Part shown: one piece after another, positions 45,287 through 56,986 of the stretch
Layout: every line of letters starts with the position of its first letter
Position numbering within the stretch: the first letter of the stretch is position 1
NCBI GenBank assembly: GCA_963850305.1
Contig: CAWKKR010000001.1
Location: 704,001 to 768,000 of the forward strand
DNA length: 64,000 nucleotides
Reading direction: 5' to 3'
DNA from: an uncultured delta proteobacterium
Lineage (GTDB): Bacteria; Myxococcota_A; Polyangia; Polyangiales; Polyangiaceae
Position numbers and translations under genes: made by a program
The notes under the pieces: model-generated
What the model was told of the DNA's origin: nothing
Databases searched by the model: none
The model's input: only the letters and a program-made list of their open reading frames with translations

Positions 45287-46507
45287 TCATCGACCGCCGA
45301 CCGTGAGCCACTGCACTACCACCGGACCTCGGGAAATGGCCTTCCCGGGCTTGGCGAACAGGTAGCCCTGGAGCAGATCGCACCCCAGCTCGATGATCGT
45401 GTCCCGCTCCTCGGCCGTCTCGATGCCCTCGGCGACGACGGCGATCCCCAGGTCCTTGCACAGGGCGCTCATGGACCGCACGAGCTTCTGTTTGACGGGG
45501 CAGTTGTGAACATCCCGCACGAGCGACATGTCGAGCTTCACGAACTCGGGTTCGAGCTAGGCGAAGCTCGTGAGCCCCGCGTAGCCCGCCCCAAGGTCAT
45601 CGATGGCGATGCGGAAGCCCATCTCCCGGAGCCGTCGCCACCCTCGGAGCGTGCGTCCTCGACCCGCGTCGAGCGACGCACGCTCGGTGATCTCCAGAAC
45701 GACCCGAGGGGCGATCGAGGTGAGCGGTGCCGATGGCGTCGCCGAGCATTTCGTCGTTCAGATCGCTCGCATGTAGGTTCACGAAGAGCAGCGGCGCGGG
45801 GGGCAGAAGGCCCATGGGCTCCGGCGCCTTCGAGCGAACGGTGCGGCCCACGTCGTCGAGCCTCCCGAGCCGTTCGGCCGCGTCGAGAACGGCCCCTGGA
45901 TGCGGGAGGGCTGGCTCGCTGCTGCGAAGGAGGGCCTCGTACCCGAAGAGGTTGCGCGTCGCGGCATCCACGATCGGCTGGTAGGCCATCCACAGGGTGT
46001 CAAGGGCCCGGTCGAGGGTCACCGCGAGGCCAGCCCGGTCGCCTGCTTCGGGGCGCCCAGTGTCGAGAACGCGGATCGAGTCCCGTTTCGCTTTTCCGAG
46101 CCCGCCGATGCTCACGGCTCGACGGATCTGTTTTCCAGCTTCTCCAAATCGAGTGGTTTGATCAGGTAGTCGAACGCACCGTAGCGCATGGCGTCGGCGG
46201 CCGACTCCACGCCCGGTATGCCCGTCATGAGGATGACCGGAACGTCCAGGTCGTGTTCGCGGACAGCGTTAAGTAACGCGATGCCGTCCATCCCGGGCAT
46301 CGAGATGTCGGAGAGCACGACGTCGAAGGGCGCTTCGTCGTCGAGTAGCCGCAACGCCCGTGCCCCGTCTTCGGCAGCGCTCACGTCGAACCCGGCTTCT
46401 CCAAGTACCCGAGTGATCGCTTGCAGTGCCGGCGGTTCGTCCTCGACCACGAGGATTCGTGGCCGTGACGCCTCCAACGGTCGCGAATGAACCAAAGCCC
46501 CGGGCAT
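45287..46507 (-). CDS. response regulator with EAL phosphodiesterase domain, frameshifted
   Basis: REC (ILVVEDE, DISMPGMDG, KP); YQPIV, YEALLR, FVNL, DDLG, KLD, VAEGIE, QGYLFAKP. Confidence 0.85.
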
Positions 46508-46982
46508 CGTGATCCCTTCCCTCGGAACGATCGATCAACGACAAGCCTAGCACGCCGTGGCTCGCTCTGCCGGACAAGGCGACCGCACAGGGTAGTAGCC
46601 GCGCCTACCGCGCATCACTCTCGCTCGCTCGCGCTCCGCAGACTTCGCGGACCGGAGGGAACGTTCGGCGACACCGGCATGTTGCGTCATGCTCACCGAG
46701 CGTGCTTCCGTTTTCTCGCACGTTCAGAGCGTTGGTTTTTGGCCGAGCTTGGTTGTCGCAGCGGAACCGATATCCTCCGTGGAGGGTGCGAAGGAGCACC
46801 AGGTCATCCTCGCTTAGGCCCGCTGTGCGCCCTGGTCATCGCTCCTCGCGAAGATCACCGCGCCTCGGATTCATGTGCTCCCCGAAACGTCCGTTTGCCG
46901 GAAGGCCGGTGGCGTTATCGTTCACGAACATCGTGGCGCCCGACGTGTGGCCGGGCTCGTGGTGACTCTCTATACCCGTCTC

Positions 46983-47598
46983 TCAGCTCACCATCGCTGC
47001 ATGACGTCTCACTTCCAGCAAAGCCCCTTCCATGTCGAGCGCCAGGTCGGGCCGACCTCGGTGGCGCTCAGGTCTCGACCGCGGCAGGAGTCTGCTCTTG
47101 CAAACGGGCATCGCGGAAGGCTCCTTTCGCACACCAAAGCGGATGCGGATGGGCACGGAGGAGCTTCCCGATTCGCCGACGAGCACATCGACGAGTGCCA
47201 TGAGTTCGTGTCGGAGGCTATCTTCAGCGCCGCCGTCGATGGCCAGGACGAGTTCGGACGTATCCCCGAGATTAAGGTGTGCATGCACGAGGAGCGCCCG
47301 AGCAAGCAAATGGCGAGCGGCCATCGACTGATCGTCGAGACGGGGAGCCACGACCATAATGGCTTTCCCGACGGCGCGGGAGGACCGTTCGAGGACTGAG
47401 ACCCGCCGTATCGTCCGACGGGAAAGCTCGATAGGGTAGCTCCCCGTCACATTGCACGACGACGACTGTCTCTTCGCACTGATCGGGGGTGACGAAGGTG
47501 TCGAACCCGCACGCGCCGTCTTCCACGACGACCAAACGCACGCGCAGGTCTTCTGCGGACGTCGGCAGCACAGCCCTGAGCGCCATCGGCCGCATCAC
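46983..47598 (-). CDS. hypothetical protein downstream of the CBS remnant, frameshifted
   Basis: ORFs 47272-47598 and 46983-47450; N-terminus paralogous to 1785-1943. Confidence 0.55.
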
Positions 47599-47769
47599 TC
47601 GGCCGCCCGAGCTTCAACCCACGTCGTTCGGTGATGCCTGCCAGCGTCTTTGCGACGCCAGGGATCTCGCTCACGCGCGAGAGGTTCGACTGGGCGCTCC
47701 GGGCGATGTCACCGAGCGCCACGATGCCGATGAGCTTCCCGTCCGAATCAACGACAGGGACTCGACGGA
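47595..47769 (-). pseudogene. 3' remnant of a CBS protein gene, paralog of 1318-1785
   Basis: ALGDIARSAQS...EIPGVAKTLAGITERR nearly identical to the intact copy. Confidence 0.8.
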
Positions 47770-47864
47770 GCTCCCGCCGAATCGGGGAACCCGCTCGGAA
47801 TCAGGGTAGCCTGTCGTTCCTCGAGCGCCGCCGAGAACTCGGGACCTCGCCATTCTACTTTCAG

Positions 47865-48407
47865 CTAGCTTCTCCAACAACGGGGCAGATCAGAGCGTGC
47901 TTCGGAAGGACGCTCGCCTCCCCCCTCGCTTCCCACAACGCGAACATGGCCTTCAGCCTTGCCGAGTGCCTTCTCACGAGGGCCGTGGCTGTCTCCCTCG
48001 GCATTTACCACTATGACGTCTGCCTTGACGGCGTCTGCGGCGGCCTCGAATTCGTCGGGGTTGGTCGAGAATACCGGTTCAGAGATGAGCACTGCGAATG
48101 GCCCCAATCCGAGGATGACCGTGCGTGCGTTCACAACGTCGGCGCTCTCCACGGCTGGTGCCTCGCGGCGGTGCCGCACCATCTCGGCACAGGCGACGAC
48201 AAGTTCTTCCCTTGGGGTCACCAGCACGACCACCGGTACCCTCCTCGCTGGCGTCCGTCTGATTCGACAACCGCGGACGTGCGATCCGAAACCCCCGAGG
48301 CCGGCGCGATCGGTTCGCTCCGCCCGGTCTCCAACCCGGCGTTCATGTCGTTGTTCACCATGTGCTTCTCTCTGAGCGGGGATGTCCTGGAGTGTCTGGT
48401 TCCTCAC
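47865..48407 (-). CDS. hypothetical protein
   Basis: ORF directly downstream of the EAL gene on the same strand. Confidence 0.4.
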   Translation of the reverse strand: MRNQTLQDIPAQREAHGEQRHERRVGDRAERTDRAGLGGFGSHVRGCRIRRTPARRVPVVVLVTPREELVVACAEMVRHRREAPAVESADVVNARTVILGLGPFAVLISEPVFSTNPDEFEAAADAVKADVIVVNAEGDSHGPREKALGKAEGHVRVVGSEGGGERPSEARSDLPRCWRS

Positions 48408-48414
48408 GCGGGTG

Positions 48415-49293
48415 TTACGTGGCCTTGTCAGACGCGGGGACGAGCGAGGCTGGGATGGGGAACGCCGGGCGGGCGAACAGGTACCCTTGGCCGTAGTGGA
48501 CCCCGCAGTCCCGGACAGCCCTGTACTCCTCGACCAGTTCGATCCCCTCGGCCACGACCGTCGCTCCCATCTCGCCGCAGAGCCGGGTCAAGCTGGCCAC
48601 GAGCTGCCGCTTCCTCGGCTTCAGATGGAGCCCCTGGATCAAACTCACGGTCGAGCTTCACGACCTTCGGTTCGAGGTCTGCGATGTCGACTGAGGTTCG
48701 AATACCCGGCACCAAGATTGTCCACGACGAGGTGAACCCCACCCCGCGAGCGGACCTCTCGGAGCACGCTGTGACAGAGATCGAAATACTGGGAAGGGCA
48801 CGCTCTCCGTGATTTCCAGATAGACATCGCTGCCGTGCGTGTAGATAGGATCATCTGGACGGACGAGCAATGGCTCGTTCAGCTCGGCGGGATGGACGTT
48901 CACGAAGACGGCCCCTTCGCCGCATACCGACAGCGCCACCTCACGGATTAACCTCCCCAGCAGGCCCGTGCAACCGGCGAGCGATGCATGGGCGAAGAGC
49001 TTCTCAGGGTTCTCGTAAGCTGGGACGCTGCACCGGACGAGGGCTTCGGTGGCGAACTCCACTCCGCTGACGAGCGACACGATGGGCTGGAACACCACGC
49101 TCAGGCTGTCGGACGGGACGGTGCTTCCGAGGAAAACGCCGCTCACTGGTCTATTGGGTGGTGCGCTGCGAGCGTTCGACAGGAAGTTGATGCCCGAGCT
49201 GACCTGGTACCCCATGCGTCCCAGCCGCCCGAGCCGGGGAGTCTCGGGGAGTTCGTCCACCCCCTCGGTGTTCTTCGTGCCGCCCTTTGTCAT
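48415..49293 (-). CDS. stand-alone EAL domain protein, frameshifted
   Basis: FQPIV, TEALVR, FVNV, LEITE, VDNLGAGYS, VKLD, VAEGIE, GQGYLFARP. Confidence 0.82.
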
Positions 49294-49654
49294 CCCTGGC
49301 TGCCGTGTCCGTGGGGTGAGTGCTCCAGATCAGTCACGAAGCTGAAGACGATAGCCGGCCAGCGGGCCGCCTGAAATGGCCACTGTGTTCCGCTGGCTTC
49401 CCGTCCGAAGCGGGCGATCTCGCCGACGGATTACCGGAGGAGACGACAGCGGTTGTTATCGGCCAATGTAGGCAAGTCACGCCACCGGCAACGCCCTGGC
49501 GAGTGAAGCAGGCACCGGTCAAGCACACCGACGGCACGAGCCCAACAAAAGAGAATCCTAAGATGGGAACATGAGTGAGGAACCATTCGACCGGATCGCT
49601 CTCGCGGTCGACGGAGACGTCACCCCGACGCGCACTCGACCCGTGCGCCTCCCG

Positions 49655-50912
49655 TCACGGGCACGTTTGCGGCGCCAGCGAGCACTTTCTGCCGATGCAA
49701 TCCGCAAACGTGTCGCAGGTCGTCGCTCCGGGCAAGAGCGAGACCGTGCAGGCGGCGCCGTCCGCGAGCACGGTTGGGCAACGCTCCCCGATTGCGAGAC
49801 ACTGACCCACCCGGCACGCCGCGGTGGCGGTGCACACTTCGCCCGGCTCGATGTAAGTCAACGTCGCGCACGCTCCTGTACTGCTGGGTTGGTGACCTGT
49901 TGCCGCAGCCCAGGCCGGGGGCGCAATCGACGTTCGTCACGCACTGAGCTCCCGCCTGACCACCATCCGAGCAGGTGAAGACAGGAGAGCTGGCGGCAGC
50001 GTCTGGAGCTGAGCCCGAGGCGACCGTCGCCGCGCAAATCAGCGGGGCCTTGCACGCTCTCGGCGCGGGCTGGCCGGCGCCTCCGAGGTCGGTCTGCTGA
50101 TCGCACGTCGCGCCAGCGCCGACCACGTCGAGCGCCTTGCACGTGCCGGTGCAGGAAGGGCCGGTGCCGCACCCGCTCGACTCCTGGCAGTAGAGTCCGC
50201 CGGCACACTCCAGCCAGACGGAGAGGCTCAACGGATTGCAAGCCTCGCCCTCCGCGTGGGGTACCGCATTGCCTGCCGGCGGCGTCCCCGGCAGAGGCGG
50301 TCCGGACGTCGCGCGAGTCACGCACGTCCCGCAGCCGACGCCCTGCGCCGCGCAGTCGCCATTCAGGCACTGCTCGTTCGCGACGCACGCGGAGCCGTCC
50401 GTGAGAGTCCCGCGCGGGAACGTGCAGTCCAGACTGGCGTTGGGGACGCCGCCGGGCCCTTCGGCGTTCCCGTCTGCCGAGCAGCCGCGCGCTTCGACGG
50501 CTGCGACGCACGCATCGATCGCGTCCGGGGTGAAACCGGTGCCGGGCAAGGCCATCCGCGCGGCGCACACCGTCGCGTAGCGGCTCCGGAGGCGCGCGAT
50601 CCCGCTCGCGGGCAGAAGAACGCTCGCGTTGCCGCTGGCGTCGTCTTCGCACGGGAGGAGGACAGTCTCGAAGTATTGGTCGCAAGCCTGCGCGGGGTCG
50701 CCGACTCCTCCGCCGTCGGTCGCACCGCTCGCGCCGCCGCGGTTCGCGCCGTCACCGTTCGCGGCGACGCCGCTGTCATTGCTCTCGCTGGCGCCGCCAC
50801 CGGAGCCAGTGAGCGGTGCGCCGGTCTTGCCCGCGGTAGTCCCCCCGCAGGCGACGGCCCCGATGAGCGCCAGAGTCATCGCAACATGATGAGAGCGGAT
50901 CGATGTGTGCAT
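49655..50912 (-). CDS. Cys-rich lipoprotein, frameshifted near 49860-49890
   Basis: AVAC lipobox; multiple G..C.....C..GL.C modules. Confidence 0.7.
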
Positions 50913-50939
50913 TGGAAGATTTCCTCTGAGGTTGGGCGG

Positions 50940-52160
50940 TAAGTAGAGAGAGCGTGGAGGTGCGCAGCCGATCCGGAATCAGGGCAGCGTGATGCTGATT
51001 GAGTCGAGCCCGTTGATGGCCAGGACCCGCAGCGGGTGTGTGCCGGCCTCCTGGGTGAGCACCCGAGAGTGGCCTGCGTAGAGCGTCGCGCTGCCTGGCG
51101 GAAACCCCGTGAAGAGCTCGGGAGGAGAGCGTCGCGTCCGGCGGCCCGGGGAAATCGCAGAACCCCTGGACTCCGCTGAAGGAGCCGGGAACCGGGTAAT
51201 ACTCAGCGCCGACCGTGACCGTCTCGTCCGTCGGTACCCACGTCACGCCGAGGCCCAACGCACGATCGATATGTGATTGCTGCCAGGTTCGTCGGATTCG
51301 GGAGACGTGAGCGCGAGGGCCGTCGGAAACGTGAGCAGCGAGGCGAACGCCGGGACGGTCGAGCCTGACGCGCTGATTTGGAGCACGTCGCCGGGATGCC
51401 AGCGCTGCGCGGAGTCGCTGTAGGGCGCGTATACCCCGAAGCCATCGGGTGAAAGCACGACGTCGGCCCCGGTGCCGCCGTGGACGGTGACCGTGCCCGC
51501 CGAGACGCCGGTCAACCCCACGACGGGCCCCGCCTTCAACAGACAGTCGATGACCCTGCACGTTCCGAATTCCGTGGTCGAACAGCGTGGCGGGAGCAGA
51601 CCGAGCACGAGGGCGTTCGAGTAACCCCCGATGGGCGCAGCGGACGGGAAATCTCCCAGGGAGACCATCATCGGCGCGGTTGCCTCCGCTGCGGCAGCGT
51701 CACCTGCAGCGCTGGCGTCGCTCGCAGCGTTCGCGTCGCTAGCGGTGCCGCCATCGCTTCCGCTGCGGGTCGCAGCGTCGGAGCTGCCCGCGTCCGTGGT
51801 GTCGGAGACGTGCCGCACGCAGGCGCCGTCCCGGCAGTCGTTTCCCGCCGTGCAGTCGCTCGTCGCCTGACACCCGGCGAGGCAGAGTCCGGCGGTCCCC
51901 GCGGGCAGGGCAGGGCACGCGCTGAGGAGGGTGGCTCGTGGAGCGCAGGTCGCGCTCGACCCCAGGTCGCTGCACGACGCGCTCGCGCTGCAGGAGCGCG
52001 TGCAGAGCCCGCACGCACACTCGAGCCCTGAGGTGCAGTCGGCGTTCACATGGCACAGGCTGAGCCAGTTCGACTCGCCACCCCGGGTCTGCGCGGGCGA
52101 ACCGCAACCTGCGAAGAGAAGGAGCGCGGCTACGACGGCAACGACGATTCGAGCAATCAT
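50940..52160 (-). CDS. Cys-rich lipoprotein, frameshifted; 3' end approximate
   Basis: FAGC lipobox; GESNWL..C...ADC..GLECACGLCT; DAG-rich linker. Confidence 0.65.
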
Positions 52161-53151
52161 GTGTCTTCCCCGTCCTCGTCGGCGTCGAGCATTGCTTGCC
52201 CGACGTACGCAAGCAGTCGGTAAGCGGAGCTCGGGATCGAGCCGACGCTCGTGTTGTGCGCCTGGATCTTCTGACGCAGCGAGACCCCGATCTCGCGCGT
52301 CATCCGGAGGAACGCGAGGGCCTCCTCGGCGTGCGGGTGCCCTGGCCAGAGCTCGAAGATGTACGTGCTCCCGCCCGTGTGATCGTCGCGAGACGCCCGG
52401 CGCGAGCCCCGGCGGAGCTTCGTCGTGATCGCGGTCACGACGGCCTGGTAGTGGTCGAACACGGCCGCTTCCCACCCGGAGGGGCTCTCGAGAGGGATCA
52501 GGTATTCCCGACTCGTGTAGGTGCCGTCGGCGCCCCGTGCGGCGCGCCCGTCTCGCACGAGAACGGCCAGGGCCGCTTCGAGATCCTCGGCCGGCGCCGG
52601 GACGTGCTGCGCGAGCTCGCTCGATGCGAGGGGGCCCCAGTGATGGACCGCAACCCAGACCAGATCGGCGAGGCGCTCGACGCTCGACGTTCCGTCGGCG
52701 GCGATCAGATATCTGCCGGTTCCGAGGCGCGGAGCACGATGCGGTCGCCCGAGCCCGTGGCAAACACGAGCCCGGTCTCGATGAGGTCGCGCAGCACCGA
52801 CCGCACCACGACGTCGTCGTCACGGGAGAACCGCACGAGCACGTCGATCTTGCGCACCGGGCCCACGCTCTTCACGTGGCCCAGCACGGCTTCCCACAGG
52901 GACTGACCCCGGATCGTGCTGCTCTCCGAGAGCCGGCGCACGGTCTTGTGATAGTTGCGGAGCGAGAGCCCGAACATGTCCGCGATGACCTTGTTGCCGA
53001 GGCCCTGCTCCTTCAGCTCGTTCACCAGATCCTGGAAGATCTGGTTCGCCGTGTGAGCGAGCGTTGCCCGCGCCCCGCTCGCCGTCGCGATCTCGGCGAT
53101 GAGCACCGTCGTCTGGCGAACGATGGCGTCGATGAGCAGGTTGACGTTCAT
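52157..53151 (-). CDS. hypothetical protein, possible HTH regulator, frameshifted
   Basis: GLGNKVIADMFGLSLRNY HTH-like segment; ORFs 52705-53151 and 52157-52558; ATGA overlap with the lipoprotein gene. Confidence 0.6.
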
Positions 53152-53385
53152 GGAGGGCTCGTCATGGGTGGGATAGCGAGAGGCCGATCCGACCGACGTC
53201 CCCCTTGTACCCGCGCATCCCGCGGGGAGAGCAGTGCCCGATCGGGCACCACCCCGATTGGGGGCGCCGCGCGGGTCCCGCGGGATGAAATTCCCGCATG
53301 ATCTTCGGGCGCCCGAACTTCCGGCACCGAACCCCTCGGGCTCACCGCTTTTCGGGAGATCGCTGAGAGGCCGCACAAGGAGAAA

Positions 53386-53760
53386 AGGAAAAATTGGCTC
53401 TTTACCTGGCTCGACGACGGCGGCGAGCGCACGGCAGCAATCCTCAGCATCATCGCGACTTGCATCGCCCACGACGTCAACCCCCGCGCCTACCTCCATC
53501 TTGTGACGAAGCTCATCGTTCGGGCCGCCAGGGGCTGGCCGAACAGCAAACGTCTGCGAGCTCCGGCCCGAGCGAATCCTCGCCGAGCATCCCCGAGCTC
53601 TATGTCGGCGACCGCTCGTCGTTGCCCGCGTTCTCGGATCCGCCGTCGCTTCCCGGCCGATCCGTTGCCCCCTCCGTCAGCGCCTTAGGTGGCTCCGCGT
53701 CCGAAGCCTCGCTCACGTCTTCATCGGAATCGCTTCGCGGATCACTCGGTCCGTCAGCTC
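53386..53760 (+). mobile_element. second IS66 remnant (tnpC 3' end plus passenger 3' end)
   Basis: Diverged inverted copy of about 12850-13220 (RKNWLFTWLDDGGERTAAILSI). Confidence 0.75.
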
Positions 53761-53999
53761 ATGGCGACTGACTCCATCCCGCACAGCTCGTCAGAAAACC
53801 GCTCACGCTCGTCGCCTGAAGAAACGCTGGGGCCCGCAGCAAATCATCGATCACGCCGTCGACGTCGAAGAGAAGGACCGCGCCCGCCGTGGACTGGAGC
53901 GAGACGCTGTGCCCCGCAGCCGGCACGAGCGGTTCAAGCCGGCCGAGGACTTCCGGATAGCGGAACGCGGGTGCACGCCAGAAGCCCCACCCGTATCCC

Positions 54000-56847
54000 A
54001 GAGCAGGCCAGGAACGGATTCCGCGCGGAGGCCTGGTGAGCTGAGTCGAGAACGAGAGTTCCCGTGATCGAAGAACGAGACGCTTGCACACCGTGCCTGC
54101 AGATCGGCGCGCGGCCGGTCCGGGTTGCGCCATAGCCGAGGTCCGGTTGCGGATCGCTTCCCGAAGCCTCGCTGGGTGAAGAACAGCATCCGTGCTCCCT
54201 CTGGCGAACGCCCTCCGGATGTCCGATCGGTGCCCTCGACGATGGGAACCGGCAGGCGTGGCCGCATTCGCCCGGGAGCGACGGGAAAGTTACGGCGGGT
54301 ATCCCGAGGTGTTCCACTTCATGGCCCGGGGCGCCTGGACGGCGCTCGTCGGTCATCCGCGTGTCTTCGTCGACGACGAGGAGCAGCCGAATCGAGGTGG
54401 CTCGCGGAACGGTGCAGGTCGTCGCGCGCTCGAAAGGGGACGCGTTCGTCGTTGCGCTCGAGCCCGCCGACGTTTCCGACGAAATCACGATCCGCCGCGA
54501 CGGAATCCGGATCGTGGTATTCGATCCCACCGAGGCGGTGCGCGGGCTCGCGCAGATCATCGGCACGGGTCTCACGCTTCCGGAGAGTGGCCGAGCCCGG
54601 GCGCTTGAGGCCCTCGGCGGCATCGCGCACCTGGTGCCCGTACAGAGCTCGGAGCAGAGCAAAGCGCGACGGGGTTCGTCGGATTCGACGCCCTGGGCGC
54701 GGCTCGTGCCGCGGGGCTCAGCGATATCGATCACGGTGACGGTGCGTCCTCTCGGAGGTGGCGGCTCGCACGTCGTGCCCGGGCTCGGCGCAACCACGCT
54801 GCTCGGGCGAGTGAACGGCGAACCCGTCCAGCCCGAGCGTGATCTGAAGGAGGAGCGACGGCTCGTGCGGTCCGTGATCGGAAGCGGTGGGGTTGGCCGA
54901 AGGCGAGGCGCTGGGCAACCCCGTCACGCTTGAGGATCCGGAAGCATGCCTCGAAGCGATCTCCGCGCTTCGTGCGCTCGGCCCGTCTGTTCACGTCGAG
55001 TGGCCTCAGGGTATGCCCCTCAGAATTCGTGGGCGCATCGGGAGGAAAGCACTCCGGGGGCGGCTCACCCAGGGCGTCGACTTCTTCCTGGCGACCGCAA
55101 CGTTCGCCGTCGATGACGACCTGTCTGCCGATCTCGAAGCCCTCCTCGCTCTGGTCGCTGAGCGACCAGGGAAATTCGTGCGTCTGGAGACTGGGGGGTA
55201 CGTGGAGCTTGAGCACGAGCTGCGAGAGTTGCTCGAATCGCTCTCTGCCGTTCGTGCAGAGGGGCGGGCACAGACCCGAGGCGCGGTGATTCCGAAGAGC
55301 GCGATCGGTCTGCTCGACCGGCTCACCGAGGCCGACTCCGGGCTCGCGCTCGACGCGGGAACGGCTCGCTTTCGAGAGCGACTCCTCCAGGTGACCGAGA
55401 AGCGGTTCCGAGTTCCTCGCGGGCTTTCGGCGGAGCTCCGCCCGTACCAGCGCGAAGGGTTCGAGTGGCTGTGCCGCCTCGCCGAACTCGAACTCGGCGC
55501 GTGCCTGGCCGACGACATGGGCCTCGGCAAGACGGTGCAGGCGCTCGCGCTGCTGCTCGCGCGCGCGAAGGAGGGGCCTGCGATGGTGATTGCGCCGACC
55601 AGCGTGTGCCGCAACTGGCAGGACGAGACGTGGCGGTTCGCGCCGTCCCTGGCGGTGCACTGGCTCGCGGACGCGACGGACCGGCCGGCGCGCATCGCGG
55701 CGATGAAGAGCGGCGAGGTGCTGCTCGTCTCGTACGGCCTGCTGGCCGCGTCGGGCGAGGCGATTGGCGCGCAGCGCTTCGCCACGGCCGTCTTCGACGA
55801 GGCCCAGCCCTCAAGAACCCCGACACGCGCCGCGCCGCCGCGGCCCGGCTCGTGCGCGCCGACACCGTCGTCGGCCTCACCGGCACCCCGCTCGAGAACC
55901 ACCTCGGCGAGCTTCACGCGCTCTTCGACGTCTCGCCCCCGGCCTGCTCGGCAGCCGCGAGAAGTTCGCCCGCGCCTTCAGCGGCCCCATCGCCGGCGGC
56001 GACCGGCGCGCGACCACGCAGCTGCGCGCGCTCGTGCGTCCGTTCCTCCTGCGGCGAACCAAGGCCCAGGTGCTCGACGAGCTGCCCGACAAGACCGAGA
56101 TGACACGCGTGGTCGCCACCGAACGACGAGGAGCGGGCCTTCTACGAGGCGCTGCGCCGTCGCGCGGTCGAGCGCGTCGAGCAGGCGGCGGCGACCCGGG
56201 GCCCGCAGGCGCGCATCCAGGTGCTCGCCGAGATCACCAAGCTGCGCCGCGCCGCCATCATCCCGCGGCTGAGTCGCGGGCGACGACGCTCCGGCCGGCG
56301 CCAAGCTCGACGCGCTCGCCGAGCTCGTGGCGGAGCTTCGTGACGAGGGGCACCGCGCGCTCGTCTTCAGCCAGTTCCTCGAGATCCTCGACGGCGCCGG
56401 TGAGCGCCTCGCGGCAGACGGAGCGCGGTGCGTGCGCCTCGACGGGTCGATGAACGCGGCCCAGCGCCGGCCGCGGTCGACGCGTTCCAGGCCGGCCAGG
56501 CCGACGTGTTCCTCCTCAGCCTGCGCGCCGGCGGCCTCGGGATGAACCTGACGGCGGCCGACCTCATCCAGTCCCGTGGTGGAACCCCGCCGTCGAGGAC
56601 CAGGCGACCGACCGCGCGCACCGCATCGGCCAAACGCGGCCCGTCACCGTCGTGCGCCTCGTGACGAGGGCACCATCGAGGAGCGCGTGCTGCGACTGCA
56701 CGCGAGAAGCGCGCGCTCTACGCCGACGCGCTGCTCGACGACACGGCCCGCAGCGCGACGCTCTCCGTCGAAGAACTGCGCACGCTGTTCGACGGCGGAG
56801 TCTTTGAACCAGACGTGTCTCCCCGATCCGTCGGACGGGCTCGGTAG
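54000..56847 (+). pseudogene. SNF2-family helicase, 5'-truncated and frameshifted
   Basis: [66 protein letters not shown]. Confidence 0.85.
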
Positions 56848-56986
56848 CCGGGGAGAACGCAGCCGTCCAACGCCAAGGGGGGGCTGACGGGAAATCTGCA
56901 TGTCTCGCCGAGGGCCCTGCCGGCGGAGACGCAGCCGAAGCGTGAAAACGCCCCCATGGCCTGCGTCTGCCGGTCGCTCTAGACTA

